A DNA stretch of 64,000 bases from NCBI RefSeq assembly GCF_032191835.1, contig NC_083227.1, positions 116,870,001 to 116,934,000 on the forward strand, written 5' to 3'. Made by a program: the position numbers and the translations under genes. A model generated the notes under the pieces. The model was not told where the DNA came from, searched no databases, and worked only from the letters and a program-made list of their open reading frames with translations. How positions within the stretch are numbered: the first letter of the stretch is position 1; each line of letters opens with the position of its first letter. This stretch comes from Heteronotia binoei (lineage: Eukaryota). Below, in pieces: positions 12,471 through 24,665 of this stretch.

Positions 12471-13669
12471 GTTTCACCTTGGAAGGTGCTCCTTGGTGGA
12501 TCTTGATGTCACATTAATGGGAAATAATATTCAGTCAGAAAATGTTTCAATCATGACCTGAGAATTAGAAAGGTGGCTTTCTTAATTAAATCAATAAACT
12601 AATTGCTGTATAGTAGCAATTCAATTTAGGTACTTTGATTGCTCTGCCTTAACAAGTGCTTGCAGATACTGAGTGACTTTAGACCAAGATCATATCTGTC
12701 GGTCTCTGAAACTTTGAAAGTTTAATTTCCATTAATTGATTTCCTCAGTGTTCACCAATATGTTATCAGATTCTCACACAAGAATTTCAAGAAGGTGATT
12801 TTTATCTACATAAATGCTAATAAAATAATAATCTAAAACTCTGCTGATTTGAATTTTCATCCCCTTCCATTTAATTATTCATAAGTCTCTTTCGAACATA
12901 ACCAGCTTCAAAACAACATGAAAAAATGAGCACTTGGGCCAGTTTAAGGGTCTACTTTTTATAAAGAAGCCAATAATTCTGGAGTAAGTTGAGTTATTTG
13001 ATACTATTTTAAGTAAAATAAGATGCTCTTACCCTAGATAATGAATACATCAGCTAAATACATTAATTATCTTTATACAATACAACAGCCTTTCAAAATC
13101 ACATAACTCATCTGCCACAGTCCATTTTTTAAAAACTTATTTGTAGTTTTAACCATACTAGTAAAAGTGGTAGCTGACAGTTATCAGGCTGGTTTTGATT
13201 GCTGTCTGTCACCATTGCTCTGATGCCTGGCAATATGAGCTAAACAGAAGACTCAACACACATTGATTCTATTGCTGGATTTTTCTCTCTTCCCCTCTTT
13301 CTTGATGTGATGCCTATGAGCTGGTGCATTATTGCTGTCTCCCCACTTTGTAAATTTCTCTCTCTCAAAAACGTTATGAACTGAAAATACTTTTTGAAGG
13401 CACAGTTGAAGCAATGAAGCAAATGACACATTTTTCTCTATTTGTTGTAGCCAGTAAAAATGGCTGGGGGAGGAGGAGGGAATCTTTCAGACTGACTATG
13501 CATGACTAATCCAGCAGTAAGTCCCACTTGGTAAAACAGACCTCACTCTCAAATGACTGTTCATAAGATTGCAACTTTAGTCATGCTAAATAGTAGATAA
13601 TGTAATGATTTTATATAATAGTATTATATTATATAATAGCAGATAATGTAATGAAGATCCTGTGAATTT

Positions 13670-13756
13670 GGGGTGGGTATTTGTGGGTTTCCTGCATTGT
13701 GCAAGGGGTTGGACTAGATGACTCTGGAGGTCCCTTCCAACTCTATGATTCTATTA
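13670..13756 (+). mobile_element. CR1 LINE 3' end fragment
   Basis: ggttggactagatgac...ggtcccttccaactctatgattctatt is the CR1 3' terminus with an ATTCTATG-type tail. Homologues on the minus strand at about 29165 and 50562. Confidence 0.75.
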
Positions 13757-13799
13757 TTCAAAACAATAATATATAATAGCTTCCAGAATGAGACATACA

Positions 13800-16438
13800 T
13801 TTCAGATATGCTCTCAGACTAAATACACAAGCAATCCAGGTGGTTGCCAGGAGTAGCAATGGGTTGGATCTTTAAGAACAATGAATGGAGCAAACTCATG
13901 GAAGAGTCTCCTACATTTCCATCAGCAAAGTCATCAACCTCGACAACCAGAGGTGGCCATTACTGGCCATAACCATTCCAATGCTGAACACCCTCTAAAG
14001 AAAGTGGGCTTGGCATCAAAGTCAGAATCTTCTACACCTGCAAAAATGAGCAGGGAGGATAAAGGGTCACATTCAGAGAAGAAACACAAGTATGACTCCA
14101 ACAAATATTGGAAATGCGACCACCATTCTACTTGTCTGTAATCTTCTGGTGGGGGCACCCTTTCATCCACCAACATCATCTGTCACAGTGACAATCAATG
14201 ACTCCCTCTGGGTATTTGGCGCCCACATGAATCGACTCTATGTGGGGGACCAATGGCTGCCTCATCAGGCCCATCACCACATTAACTTCCTAGAACTATT
14301 AGCAACTAATCATGCCCTGCACTCCTTTCATCCTCTTCTAGTGCCCAAGACAATATCTGTTCTTACAGACAACACAACAGCACCCAGCTACATCAACTGC
14401 CAGTGTGGCACTGTCTCAAAGAAACTATGTGCGTTTGCTCCGGACATATAGGTGGACTGCAGTGCTCTTTTTAGTACCCACCCATCTTCTCAGGAAATTG
14501 AATGTACATGATGACCTCCTAAGCCACACAGGAGCATCCCTCCATGAGTGGGAACTCAACTAGAAATACCTACAGCCAATTTTCCAGACTTAGGGGACTC
14601 CTCAGATTGATGTCTTCGCCACTCATCTGAACATGAAGTGCCCAGAATTTTGCTGCAGAGGGGGGTCTGGCCCAATGTCCCTAGGGGACAGTCTTCTCTA
14701 CTCCGGCACAGTTAGCACTTAAACATTTTTTTCCTTTCCTTCCTGGTGGCCCTGCCAGCGCTGGTTACCTTTAGTCTGACTATCTTGAGGAGTCTTCCAT
14801 TACCTTCCTCCAGCCAAAGTCTTACTGCTCTTTCTTTACATGTGTAAGAAAGGAAAGTCCTTACACAGGAATCATATGTGTAAAAGTGGACTAAATTTGT
14901 TCAGTTTGTTTCTGAGTTTTCCATCTCTTCTACCATGGTGGGTCTCCCTTCAGTTTTTGACTTTCTACTATCCCTAGCAGACACAGGTTGAATCTCTCCT
15001 CTCTCAGAGTTTATCTGGCAGCGGTTTCCACTTACCATGACTCTCTTGATGGCTACTCTGTCTTTGCTCATCTTGATTCTAAGCATTTCCTAAAAGGGCT
15101 TCTCTGGTTATATCCCCCTGTCAGATGCCCTACACCTTTGTAGGAACTGTCATTGGTTCTTCACAAGCTATCAGAAAAACCCTTTGAACCAATGGCTACT
15201 TGCTCTCTACAGCATTTGTCATGGAAAACTGCCTTTCTAGTGGCTATGTCTGCAAGATGGGTCAGTGAACTTATGGTCCTTTGTTGCAATTCTTCTTACC
15301 TTCAGTTCCACTCAGATGGGATTTTCTTGGTTCCAGGTGTTTCTTTCCTCCTGAAAGTGGTATCTGACTTCCACTTGAATTGTGAGGTATCCTTGCCAGA
15401 TTTCTTTCCAACACCTAAGGACAATGCTGAACATAGACTCCACTCTTTGGATGTCAAACAGGCTCTGCTATTCTATTTGAAATGCTCTCACCCATATTGT
15501 AAAGACTAGACTCTTTGTTTGCCACACATCCTTGTCACAAGGCAAAAGGATCTAATCCCAGAGGCTATCCAAATGGCTGACTACCTGCTAGGTAAACAGC
15601 CTCTTCTGGGACTTATAGGGGCTCAGTTGATGAGAGCTATGGCCACATCTACTGCATTTCTCAAGGGCATTCCTCTTCATGAGATCTGCAAGGCTACCAA
15701 GCTGAACATCACTGCGTACCTTTGTGAGGCACTACACTCTAGATGTTCACCTCCATCACCATACTGTCATGGGCCATGCTGTGCTCAAATCAGCTGCTCC
15801 TTGAGTTACCATCAACACTCTTCTCCAGGTAGGCTTAAGCTTGCTATTCTCCCAATGGTGCGATGCACAGAGACCATGAAGAAGATAAACAGTTTGCTTA
15901 CCTGCAACTGATGATCTTCTATTGGTTATCTGTGCATTCACACCACCCACCCTCCTTTCCCATTGCTGTCTGTCTGCAAGTTCTTGAACCATACAGCAGT
16001 CAGCAGAAGAAAGAAGACAATGATGATATTGGATTTATACCCCACACTTCACTTTGAATCTCAGAGTCTCAGAGCGGCTTACAATCTCCTTTACCTTCTT
16101 CCCACACAACAGACACCCTTTCAAGAACAGCTCTGCGAAAGCTATGGCTAACCCAAAGCCATTCCAACAGCTGCAAGTAGAGGAGTGGAGACTCAAACCC
16201 AGTTCTCCCAGATAAGAGTCCATGCACTTACCCACTACACCAAACTGGTGAGATGTCCATGCCCACTCCAGTTAGCATGTGTGGTGGGGCTCCTGCACAT
16301 GTCACAGAAGAGGGCATGAAAATTCCTTAGGCTTTGAAGTTTACCAGTTGGGGTCAGCACAGGCACCCTAATCCCAAGGGTGTGAATGCACAGATGACCA
16401 CTCGAAGATCATCAGTTATACACAAGCAGCCTGTTTTT
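13800..16438 (+). mobile_element. Degenerate DIRS1-like tyrosine-recombinase retrotransposon (RNase H, methyltransferase, recombinase, ICR, right terminus)
   Basis: 14092..14451 has RNase H motifs (HINFLELLA, VLTDNTTA.SYINCQCGT). 14543-14670 reads HEWELN...GTPQIDVFATHLNMKC, the DIRS methyltransferase motif. 15153..15509 is recombinase-like (KTAFLVAMSARWVSEL...HSLDVKQAL). Inverted repeat between 15887-15944 and 16379-16438. The 5' boundary is approximate. Confidence 0.85.
16010..16248 (-). mobile_element. tRNA-derived SINE (Squam3-like) inserted in the DIRS remnant, with an internal deletion of about 43 nt
   Basis: Reverse complement matches the 62926 copy (cactacaccaaactgg at the right end). 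Confidence 0.82.
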
Positions 16439-17344
16439 CCCTGTTCTAGTTACGGCTTTGGTGCCATATGCCGCAGCACACACAGAGCTCTCACCTTTAC
16501 AAGTGGCTTTTCAAAGGATTTAAGGGACTACAGTGGAAAGTGGAGAATGGTGGCAATCTTTTCCAAAAATTCTTTCAAATCATTCAGATACAAGTCCAAA
16601 ATTTCTTAGGGCTAGCAGCGAAACAATGCATTTTGACAAGTGTACTCTTGAATCTTTTGCAATGTTGCAGAAAATACAAGAATGCTAATTTTTTGATTTT
16701 GTATACCTTGAACCCTACAACATTTTGGCAGGTACATTTTTTATTTTACAATGCTGCTTCTTGGGTAAATGAGCTGTACAGCAGGGAACCATATGATGTG
16801 AAATGCACATTTTCACCTTTGAGATGTGTCTTAGAAAAGTGATTTGTATGCAAACCTTCTCTTCTACCAGTTTTAGGGAACACTTACTAGTCAAGTGAGA
16901 ACTATGACAAGATTGACAAACTATGATGAAGATGAAGGGTCTGTGGAGGCCCTGATCATGCCTTCTACTCCCGGGAGCCACTCCAACAGAACTCTTTCTT
17001 GCACCTCAAAGGCAATGTTAGAAGCTTTATGGCACTTCACAGGAGTCTACACATGTTATTCCTTTCCACACCCATATAACTGTTCCTGTAAATTACAGCA
17101 GTATTGGTATGGGAAGGAGACACCTTATGAATTTTATGCACATGACATTACCTTTTCTGAGGAGGAAAGACCATGTTTAAGCAGCTCCCACATTGTGAAG
17201 GTAAGATAAAGCATGTTCTGCAAAAAATAAAACAGCAGTTTCTGACTGCATCTGCTAATAAAACATTACTTCTCCTGGAACTAAGAACTTTCAAGCATTT
17301 CCATTTGAAATCTTAAGACTATCTCTTTCTTTTTTTCACTTTAG

Positions 17345-17539
17345 TTGTGCCATCTAGCCCAACAATGGCCTCCTCCACTAGCCTCCCTTCTAACTGTAGC
17401 AGCTCCTCTGGAATCTTCTCCTTCTCACCAGCCAACATGGTCTCAGCGGTGAAGCAGAAGAGTGCTTTTGCCCCTGTTGTTAGACCGCAGACTTCTCCTC
17501 CCCCTACCTGTACCAGCACCAATGGGAATAGTCTGCAAG
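17345..17539 (+). CDS. EBF1: EBF1 coding exon ([65 protein letters not shown]), phase 1-1, 195 nt
   Basis: Long T/C tract plus tttag acceptor and G|gtaag donor. It overlaps track ORF 17347..17616. Confidence 0.97.
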
Positions 17540-17837
17540 GTAAGCCAATCAGGGCATGTCATTATTTTACAGCACCTTGTGTTCTTGTGTCTTGTTACAA
17601 GAGGGATAAACCTTGAAGGTCTACAGTGTGAAGGCCTATATTGTTCTCATGTTGCTGAAACTCATTATTCCCTTGCTTGGCAAAACATGCCTGCCTTATT
17701 GCACTGTCAAATTGAGATTCTGTGTCTTTAAAAGCACATTCTGAGTGTTTGCTTTAAAAGAACTGATATTGCTGCTTACTAATACCAGCCTCTCTCTTTT
17801 TTTTCCTTTCTTATTCCTTGTTGTTGTCTTTTATCAG

Positions 17838-17906
17838 ACCAGTCTTTTGTGGACTCTAGCAAGTACTCCACTGCAGGGTCTCTCCAGGGTCTGGCCTTCT
17901 CCTGAA
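17838..17906 (+). CDS. EBF1: Putative alternative cassette exon giving the C-terminus DQSFVDSSKYSTAGSLQGLAFS* (stop at 17903-17905)
   Basis: Branch-point-like TTACTAAT at 17776-17783, a long pyrimidine tract, ttatcag acceptor ending at 17837 and a|gtacgt donor at 17907. It is phase 1 and compatible with the upstream exon. The peptide resembles the EBF4-type C-terminus as I recall it. Confidence 0.78.
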
Positions 17907-19162
17907 GTACGTCAGTCAATATTCCCTTGCTTTTTTGCTTTTTCCTTTGTCATGTCCACATGTGCAAGGTCTTTACTAATAGCAGCAATGCTTGTGGGAC
18001 AGGACTCATCACAGAAAACAGGCCATATCAAAGTTGTTTAGCATGTGATAGCAAATTACACATGGCATATTCTCCTGTTGTGTAAGATTTCCTTTCTTTT
18101 AAGCTTGTATAACATCAGTTCCTAATGATTAATATACTGCATGTACACTAATTTATCTTGCAAACATGCAGTTTCCTTGAAAATATCTTCATCTGTTGGC
18201 AGTCTTCACCTTTGTGTCACTTTAGTGGATGCCTTCCCTGGTACTCCATTTCCTTTCCATAATTTACACACCAAGCAGTCACATGAATATGTTATCCTGC
18301 CATGTATGTGTCATGGGGCAACTTGCTGCCTTCAGTAGGCTCAGGTAAACTCATTTGATATCTAGAAAGGCAGATTGTTGTATTTGTACTATCTTGTTCT
18401 GTGATGTCACTCCACTCTTCCAATCTCATTAGAAGAATGTTTTGTTCCGATCGATTTGTGTTGTTGCAGCATTCCAAAAAGAACAAGGCAATCTCCCAAA
18501 AGAACCAGAGGTGCTAGACATGGTTCAGGGAGTGTTGAAGAAAATGGATTTAGACTCTTTCATCACACATAGTGAACCACTAGGGCTGAGGACTATTTAA
18601 TCCACCAACTAGGCAATGGATGCCTAATGCTTCATCTAAATTACAGTTGTATCTTTAATTATGTTACATTTAAGCAAGAGTACTTGGGAAATTTGAACAG
18701 TCGGTTGTGGATTCAGGAGGTCATCTGAGATATTCTATGGCGTGGTCAAACAGTAATTTTGCTTTGGCTGTGAGTGTATGACTGTGAGTGTATGACATGT
18801 GAGTGTATGACTAATAGTTCACAGTTGGATTCTCAGACATGTCATCAGTATGTGTTAAAGACTGCAGGTTAACACTTAAAACTTAATCTATATTATGGGA
18901 TCCATACGTACTTAAACTTTTTTTGGGGGGGCATGATCTGCCACAGAACATCATGCAATGAATTACCAGGCTTTATCTACATTCTGTGACCTGTTTGTTG
19001 TTGTTTAGCATTCCACTTCCTGACTTCTTTGTACTTCAGAGGTTCATGGTCAGGGCAGAAGTCCTGGGCAGGGCAGGGCAGAAATCTCCCATTGTCCTTT
19101 TTTGCTGGTCTTGATGCTCCCCCACATTATTAGACCTTTTTTAAAAAAACAAAAACAGTGAA

Positions 19163-19284
19163 TTATTAGCCACAGTGTATGTGTGTATATAACATTTTTT
19201 GCCACTGTGTGACACAGAGTGTTGGACTTGATGGGCCGTTGGCCTGATCCAACATGGCTTCTCTTATGTTCTTATGTTCTTATG
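19163..19284 (+). mobile_element. CR1 LINE 3' end with (ttcttatg)n tail
   Basis: Nearly identical to the 3' end of the CR1 at 45900-46020. Confidence 0.8.
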
Positions 19285-22200
19285 AATCTGCAGCAGTCTT
19301 GTAAGCATTTTTTAGCATAAGGGAAACCTAGCTCTATGAACTCTACTCCTTTTTACTGTGTGTGTGTGTGTGTGTGTGTTTGGGGACTTCTTTATTGGTT
19401 TGAATACTGAAGCAAATTCTTTATAGAATGCATGGGTGTAATTGTTTCAGTTCAGAAAAAAAAAATTAAAAGAAGATGTGATGTGAGGTGCTGCTTTGGT
19501 TCATACAAATAAGCTTTCCCCAGCCTGGTGGATTTTATTTCCTTTAAAGTTGATTTCCATATCAGATTGCAAATCAGTTGTGAAATTTCTGTCTATTTTA
19601 AAAATAGGTACTGGATTATAGAAGGTGTTACTCTTCAAAAATACTTGTAAAAGTGATATTTTCAGTTTTGGTGGATTCTGGTCCTTGGTCCCAGTTCTGA
19701 GAAGAAAAGTGCATAGTGGAAATGCTTTAAAATTAGTTTAAGAACAGTGAAAGGCAAAAGTAGTGAGGCATTAAAGGCAGCCAAAGGGCAGCTAGTCCTT
19801 AAGGTGAGTAAACTCCAGAGTTGCTGCCTCTATTTTGCATGTTGGAGCATCCATACAACATCCAAATGGACTTGTGGCAACTTCTCCTAATAATTATCAC
19901 CTGAAAAGATCATTTGAGCCCACCCTCATTTTCCATATTTAACTTCTTTAGGGACACAGATGTATCTTCACTGAACTCCATCTAACATTGTAGCTCATCA
20001 TCACTGATCTCATTTAAATAACCACACATTCCTGCATACTTTCATTGACAAATACCATAATAGCCTTTGATAGAATGTATGCCCATTTTAGAATTGTTCT
20101 TCTTGTTCAGATCCAGTAAATGAAAGGTCCATTTAATTCCTGGACCTCTGATGTATATCATAAAAACAAAATTCTTTCATTTCACTGTTGGGTGGCAGTC
20201 CTACTGCATTTAAACCTCCCCCATAATTACACATTCTAAAGTACCTAGAGGAGAATACTTTTTCATGCTCACTTAGACAAGAAGGGTTCTCATAATCACC
20301 AGCTGTCTCAAAATGTGCCAGAGGTGGAGAGGGTTACTGATGCTTGCTATCGTTCACCCAGACCTGAGGTCTTTTTTCTAGCCCAAGTCTGTCTGCATAT
20401 CTCACAGAATTTGATGATAAACAGCAAATTCTTTCCCATTGCCTTTAAGCTATTTCATATGAGCTTTACTTAAGAATCACCTATCCCGAATGTGTCTAAT
20501 GTACTGAAGATTCTCTTGGCCATGCCATATGTCTCTGAGGTTTGCAACTGCAGAGGAAAGAAGGTGATTACTTCTAAACATACAATCAAAATGGAAAGTT
20601 GTTCTCTTTTTTGTTGTTTTTGACACTAATGGTGCCTAAAAATAAAGGCTGCATTCAGTCTAGCAGAGGGCTGAAATAATCCAAAGCATGTTTAATCTAA
20701 ATAGTCAAGAGGTTTTAAAATGGCAATTTTCTTCTTTTTTGTTTTAACCATAAAGGATGCAATTTATCAAGAACTGGTTATGCAAACCACACTTGGATGA
20801 ATGTAGGAGATGTGTATGGGACATTGCAATAAAAGAACTCATGGATTTCTGTAGCATTTTATGGTATTTTGATTTGCAATATCAATTGGAAAGAATTCTG
20901 AGGTGTCAAAAAAAAAATCCCAGCGGTTAAAAATGACTTGACTTTCTTCTAACAGCATGAATCAATAGCAAAAGCAGAAGCATAGTATCAGTCAAAAACA
21001 TTGTTAAACATGGATGTGATGTTAAAAACATGCCATGCATTTAGCCAACAAATGGACCCAATCCTGTGGGCAGATATTGCTTAACCATCTTAGGTTAAGT
21101 GGCCTCAACACTAAAGGGTCAAACTAGATGAGACCTGGAAAATCCACAATTAGATCTTCCCAGCAGTAAATAGTAGTCATGCATATCCTTGATTCAAACT
21201 CGGGCCATACAAGAAAGTGAGAGTGGGTGTAAACTTTCATTCCTACATAGTGTCATGTATCTAAACCAATACATATGCACCCCTCTGCATAATGTTATTA
21301 ACCCTGAAAAGAAAAAAAGGGATAGGCTCTAAGGGGAGACTGGGAGACCAAAATGGCCCTGAAAAAGGACTTTGTATCTGGCAATGCTCCACAACAGAGG
21401 GAAGGAGGAAGAGCTGCCTAAGGGTAAGAGCCACCAAATTGCAGCACCTCTTGTTCACCTTGCACCGGGGGGGGGGGGGGAGGGATGCCAGTTTGTGCCT
21501 GCCCTCTTCATGGTTTGCAGTGGCAACACCAGTTCTGAACTCACTCATGTGGGGAAAGTGCCACCCGTTCACTCTGACCCCAAGCAGGGTGGGGACTACC
21601 AGCTTGCAGTGATGGGTTGTGCCCAACTAACAAGGCTGCTGGTTCATTGTGGCAGTAGTTCTAGCTCATACCAGCCATGTGACAGTGTCACACAGAACAG
21701 GAAGCAGCAACTTCCAGCAGCAATGATACCGGTTACCACCAGCCTCATGCAGAGCAAGGGCTGCTGGCTTGCAAGCTAGAACCATCAAAGTTGCAGGGGA
21801 CCTCCTCTGGATGCTCCTCTCCATGCCCTACAAGTTCCACCCCTGCTGCTTTGATGTTTGGTAGACATTTAGATTGAGCAGACTCTCAGTAGAGACAGTC
21901 TGGAAATTTATCCATTCACGAATCACTACGAACAGCTTGAAAGTTTGTGGGAAGTTCATGTCAGTTGATCTGCCATGAACTTCACTTTGTAAATCACAAA
22001 CTGGCCAAAATTTGTCATAAATTTTAGTTGGTGAGCTGGTTCATGCCCATCCCTAATTGCTCATGTGACATGCAGACATGACTATCATCTACACTGCTGT
22101 GTGTCCTTTTGAATGACATGTATAGCTGAAATCATTGTGTTTATAGTTTACAATAGTGATTCAGGCATACACTTTTAAGTGCTTTTCCTTAGGGAATATG

Positions 22201-22391
22201 ATATGCAATTGCAGATAATGAAAGTCATGCGATGCACAGTTCAGATATGTGTTTTTATGGATAAGTATGCCAATCATGCCATGCCAGTATGGTGGTGATA
22301 ATATCCACAGAAATAAATAGACATGTGTCACATATTCCTAGTAGAGATTAACCACTATATATTGCACATCTTTATTTGAAATGCTCCAAGA

Positions 22392-23348
22392 TAGCCTTCC
22401 CAAGCCTCCCGCCCTGGCGGGAGAATACTGGATTTTCAGCCTCTTTTCCCGCTTTCCATAACTCTGGAAGCGGGGGGAGGAGGGGGGAATGGCGCCAAGG
22501 AGCATTTGCGTCGTCCGGGGAGGAGGTGCTGAGCCTGGCAAGGGAAATCTTGAGAAGGGAGGCTGGCTCGCCAGCGAGCGGGTGGAGGTGGCTGCCGAAC
22601 GCAGGCGGGTCTTGACGGACTCCAATGCCCGATGCTTCTCCTCCTCCCTTCCCTTCCCACCCAGCCCCGTTGCAGCAGCCGTTCTTCCTTTTCGCAAGCT
22701 GCTTCCCGCGCCCAGTCAGCTGGCTGGGGGGGGGGGGGGAGGAGAGAAGCCCCGCCTGCAAAGGACCATGTGCCTTTGCACCTCCGGAGGCTTGATTGCA
22801 AGGCTCCACTTTGGGATGGTGTGACTGCTGCTGTAAAGAAGCTGGCAGCAACTCGTGAGTAGAAAGGCCAGTCCCTCGCTTCAGTTGCCAGAAAGGGGGG
22901 GGGGGGAGGGAGGAGGAGAGGGAAACGTCTTCATTATTCCCTATGTGGAGATCAATTCTCATAGGGTATAATGGGGAATTAATCTGGAGGTTTTGGGGGC
23001 TCTGGGGGAGCTGTTTTTTGAGGTAGAGGCACCAAATTTTCAATATAGTATCTAGTGCCTCTCCCCAAAGTACCCTCCAAGTTTCAAAACGATTGGACCA
23101 GGGGGTCCAATTCTATGAGCCCCAAAAGAAGGTGCCCCTATTCTTTGTTATTTCCTATAGAAGGAAGACATTTTAAAAAGTGTGCTGTCCCTTTAAATGT
23201 GATGGCCAGAACTCTCTTGGAGTTCAATTATGCTTGTCACACCCTTGTTCTTGGCTCCGCCCCAATGTCTCCTGGCTCCACCCCCAAAGTCTCCTGGCTC
23301 CTCCCCCAAAGTCCCCAGATATTTCTTGAATTGGACTTGGCAACCCTA
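22392..23348 (-). mobile_element. Non-autonomous hAT element (957 bp), same terminal family as 7609 and 32120
   Basis: Termini tagccttcccaa and ttggcaacccta. Perfect 8-bp TSD ctccaaga at 22384-22391 and 23349-23356. Confidence 0.9.
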
Positions 23349-24399
23349 CTCCAAGAGCATGCTGACTTCAGCCTCTATCCTGATTTTGACTCAGGACTCA
23401 GTCTTCTTCTATGAGAGAAAAACTAAGGTAGGCAGGTCATTTTGGGAGGGGGGGGGCACAACTGAGCTTCTGGTTATGAATGGAAAGAGATTTCTCTTGC
23501 AGAACTGTGTCATCAAGTCCACCCAGTACATAGAGTGACTATTCAGAAATTCATAATTTCTTCTGTGTATTATTGCTTAAACAAATCACTATCTGTAAGT
23601 TATACCTGCCTTTTTCTTCTTAGGCTTCTAGATACTTCAGAGAGCAATCAAGTTTTGCTTAGAAAGATTAGAGATCAACTGAACTCTTCATTAGAACAAC
23701 AAGTTTTCTTGGTATTCTTGCTGTGCAGTTTGCAAAGATATGAAGGACACGTTTGCTTTCGGGTTTTTTCTTTGATAGAACATCTTCATACATTAGGACA
23801 TAATAGGGAGAAATAATCCTCATTCATGGTTTTTATTTTTTAAAAAATTCTTTCTTTAGTAAGGAGGTTTTGCTGTCATAACTAGAGAAAAAAAATTCTC
23901 TGTGATATTTTATTTTTCAAAATCGATTGCAGGTTGAAGCAGGAAAAAGCCTAAGTGGTCTTGTTACACTCGGCACTTAAAGTACAAAAAGTAGCATGAT
24001 AAGGCCCTGGCAGAATGGAAATATGAAACCTTTTAAGCAGGAGGAAATTCAGAATGTCATTCTGCCTTTTGACTTGTAATTTAATTCAGAAATATTAGGC
24101 TTCTTCTATGGTAATAATAATAATTGGTGTTCTTTTTTGGGGGGGGGACTCTATTTGGGCTATATGTTACACCATTCTTGTTCCATTGGCACAATATCTC
24201 ACTGTTACCTTCAATGAGATATTAAACTTTCCTAAGGAAGAATATTTTAACTTACAAAATTATTGTGGAGTTATCAGAAATGCCCATTACAGAAAATCTA
24301 TAAAAATGCTTTTGGGCAGAACTAGACAAGATACTGGGAGCTCCACTAGACAACATACTGGGAGTTCCTGGTGTTTTTTAAAAAAATGTTGAAATCAGT

Positions 24400-24665
24400 G
24401 GCTGATTTTGCACTCACCTTATGCCTCTCTCACGTCCGTCTTCTCAGTGCGGCGTCCTCCACATTTCCCACTATTTGTGCTGGGTTTGCGACAAACATCA
24501 CGGTTTTCGTGCAGCAAATGGAAACTGGTTTTTAGTGGTTTCCATTTGCTGCACAAAACCCATGATGTTTGCTGCAGCCCTGGCACAAATGGTAGGAAAT
24601 CAGGAGGACGCCGCGTTGAGAAGACAGGTGTGAGAGCAGCATAAGGGTGAATGTGAAATCGGTCC
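24400..24665. mobile_element. Fully palindromic MITE (PIF/Harbinger-like)
   Basis: Left arm ggctgattttgcactcaccttatgc... pairs imperfectly with right arm ...gcataagggtgaatgtgaaatcggtcc across the whole length. Confidence 0.7.

Noticed and set aside
16895-17209. 104-aa ORF just upstream of the 17345 exon
   Set aside because: No similarity to COE proteins and no convincing splice sites in phase with the EBF1 exons.
22338-23538. ORFs up to 223 aa
   Set aside because: They coincide with a non-autonomous hAT element and show no transposase or other domain motifs.
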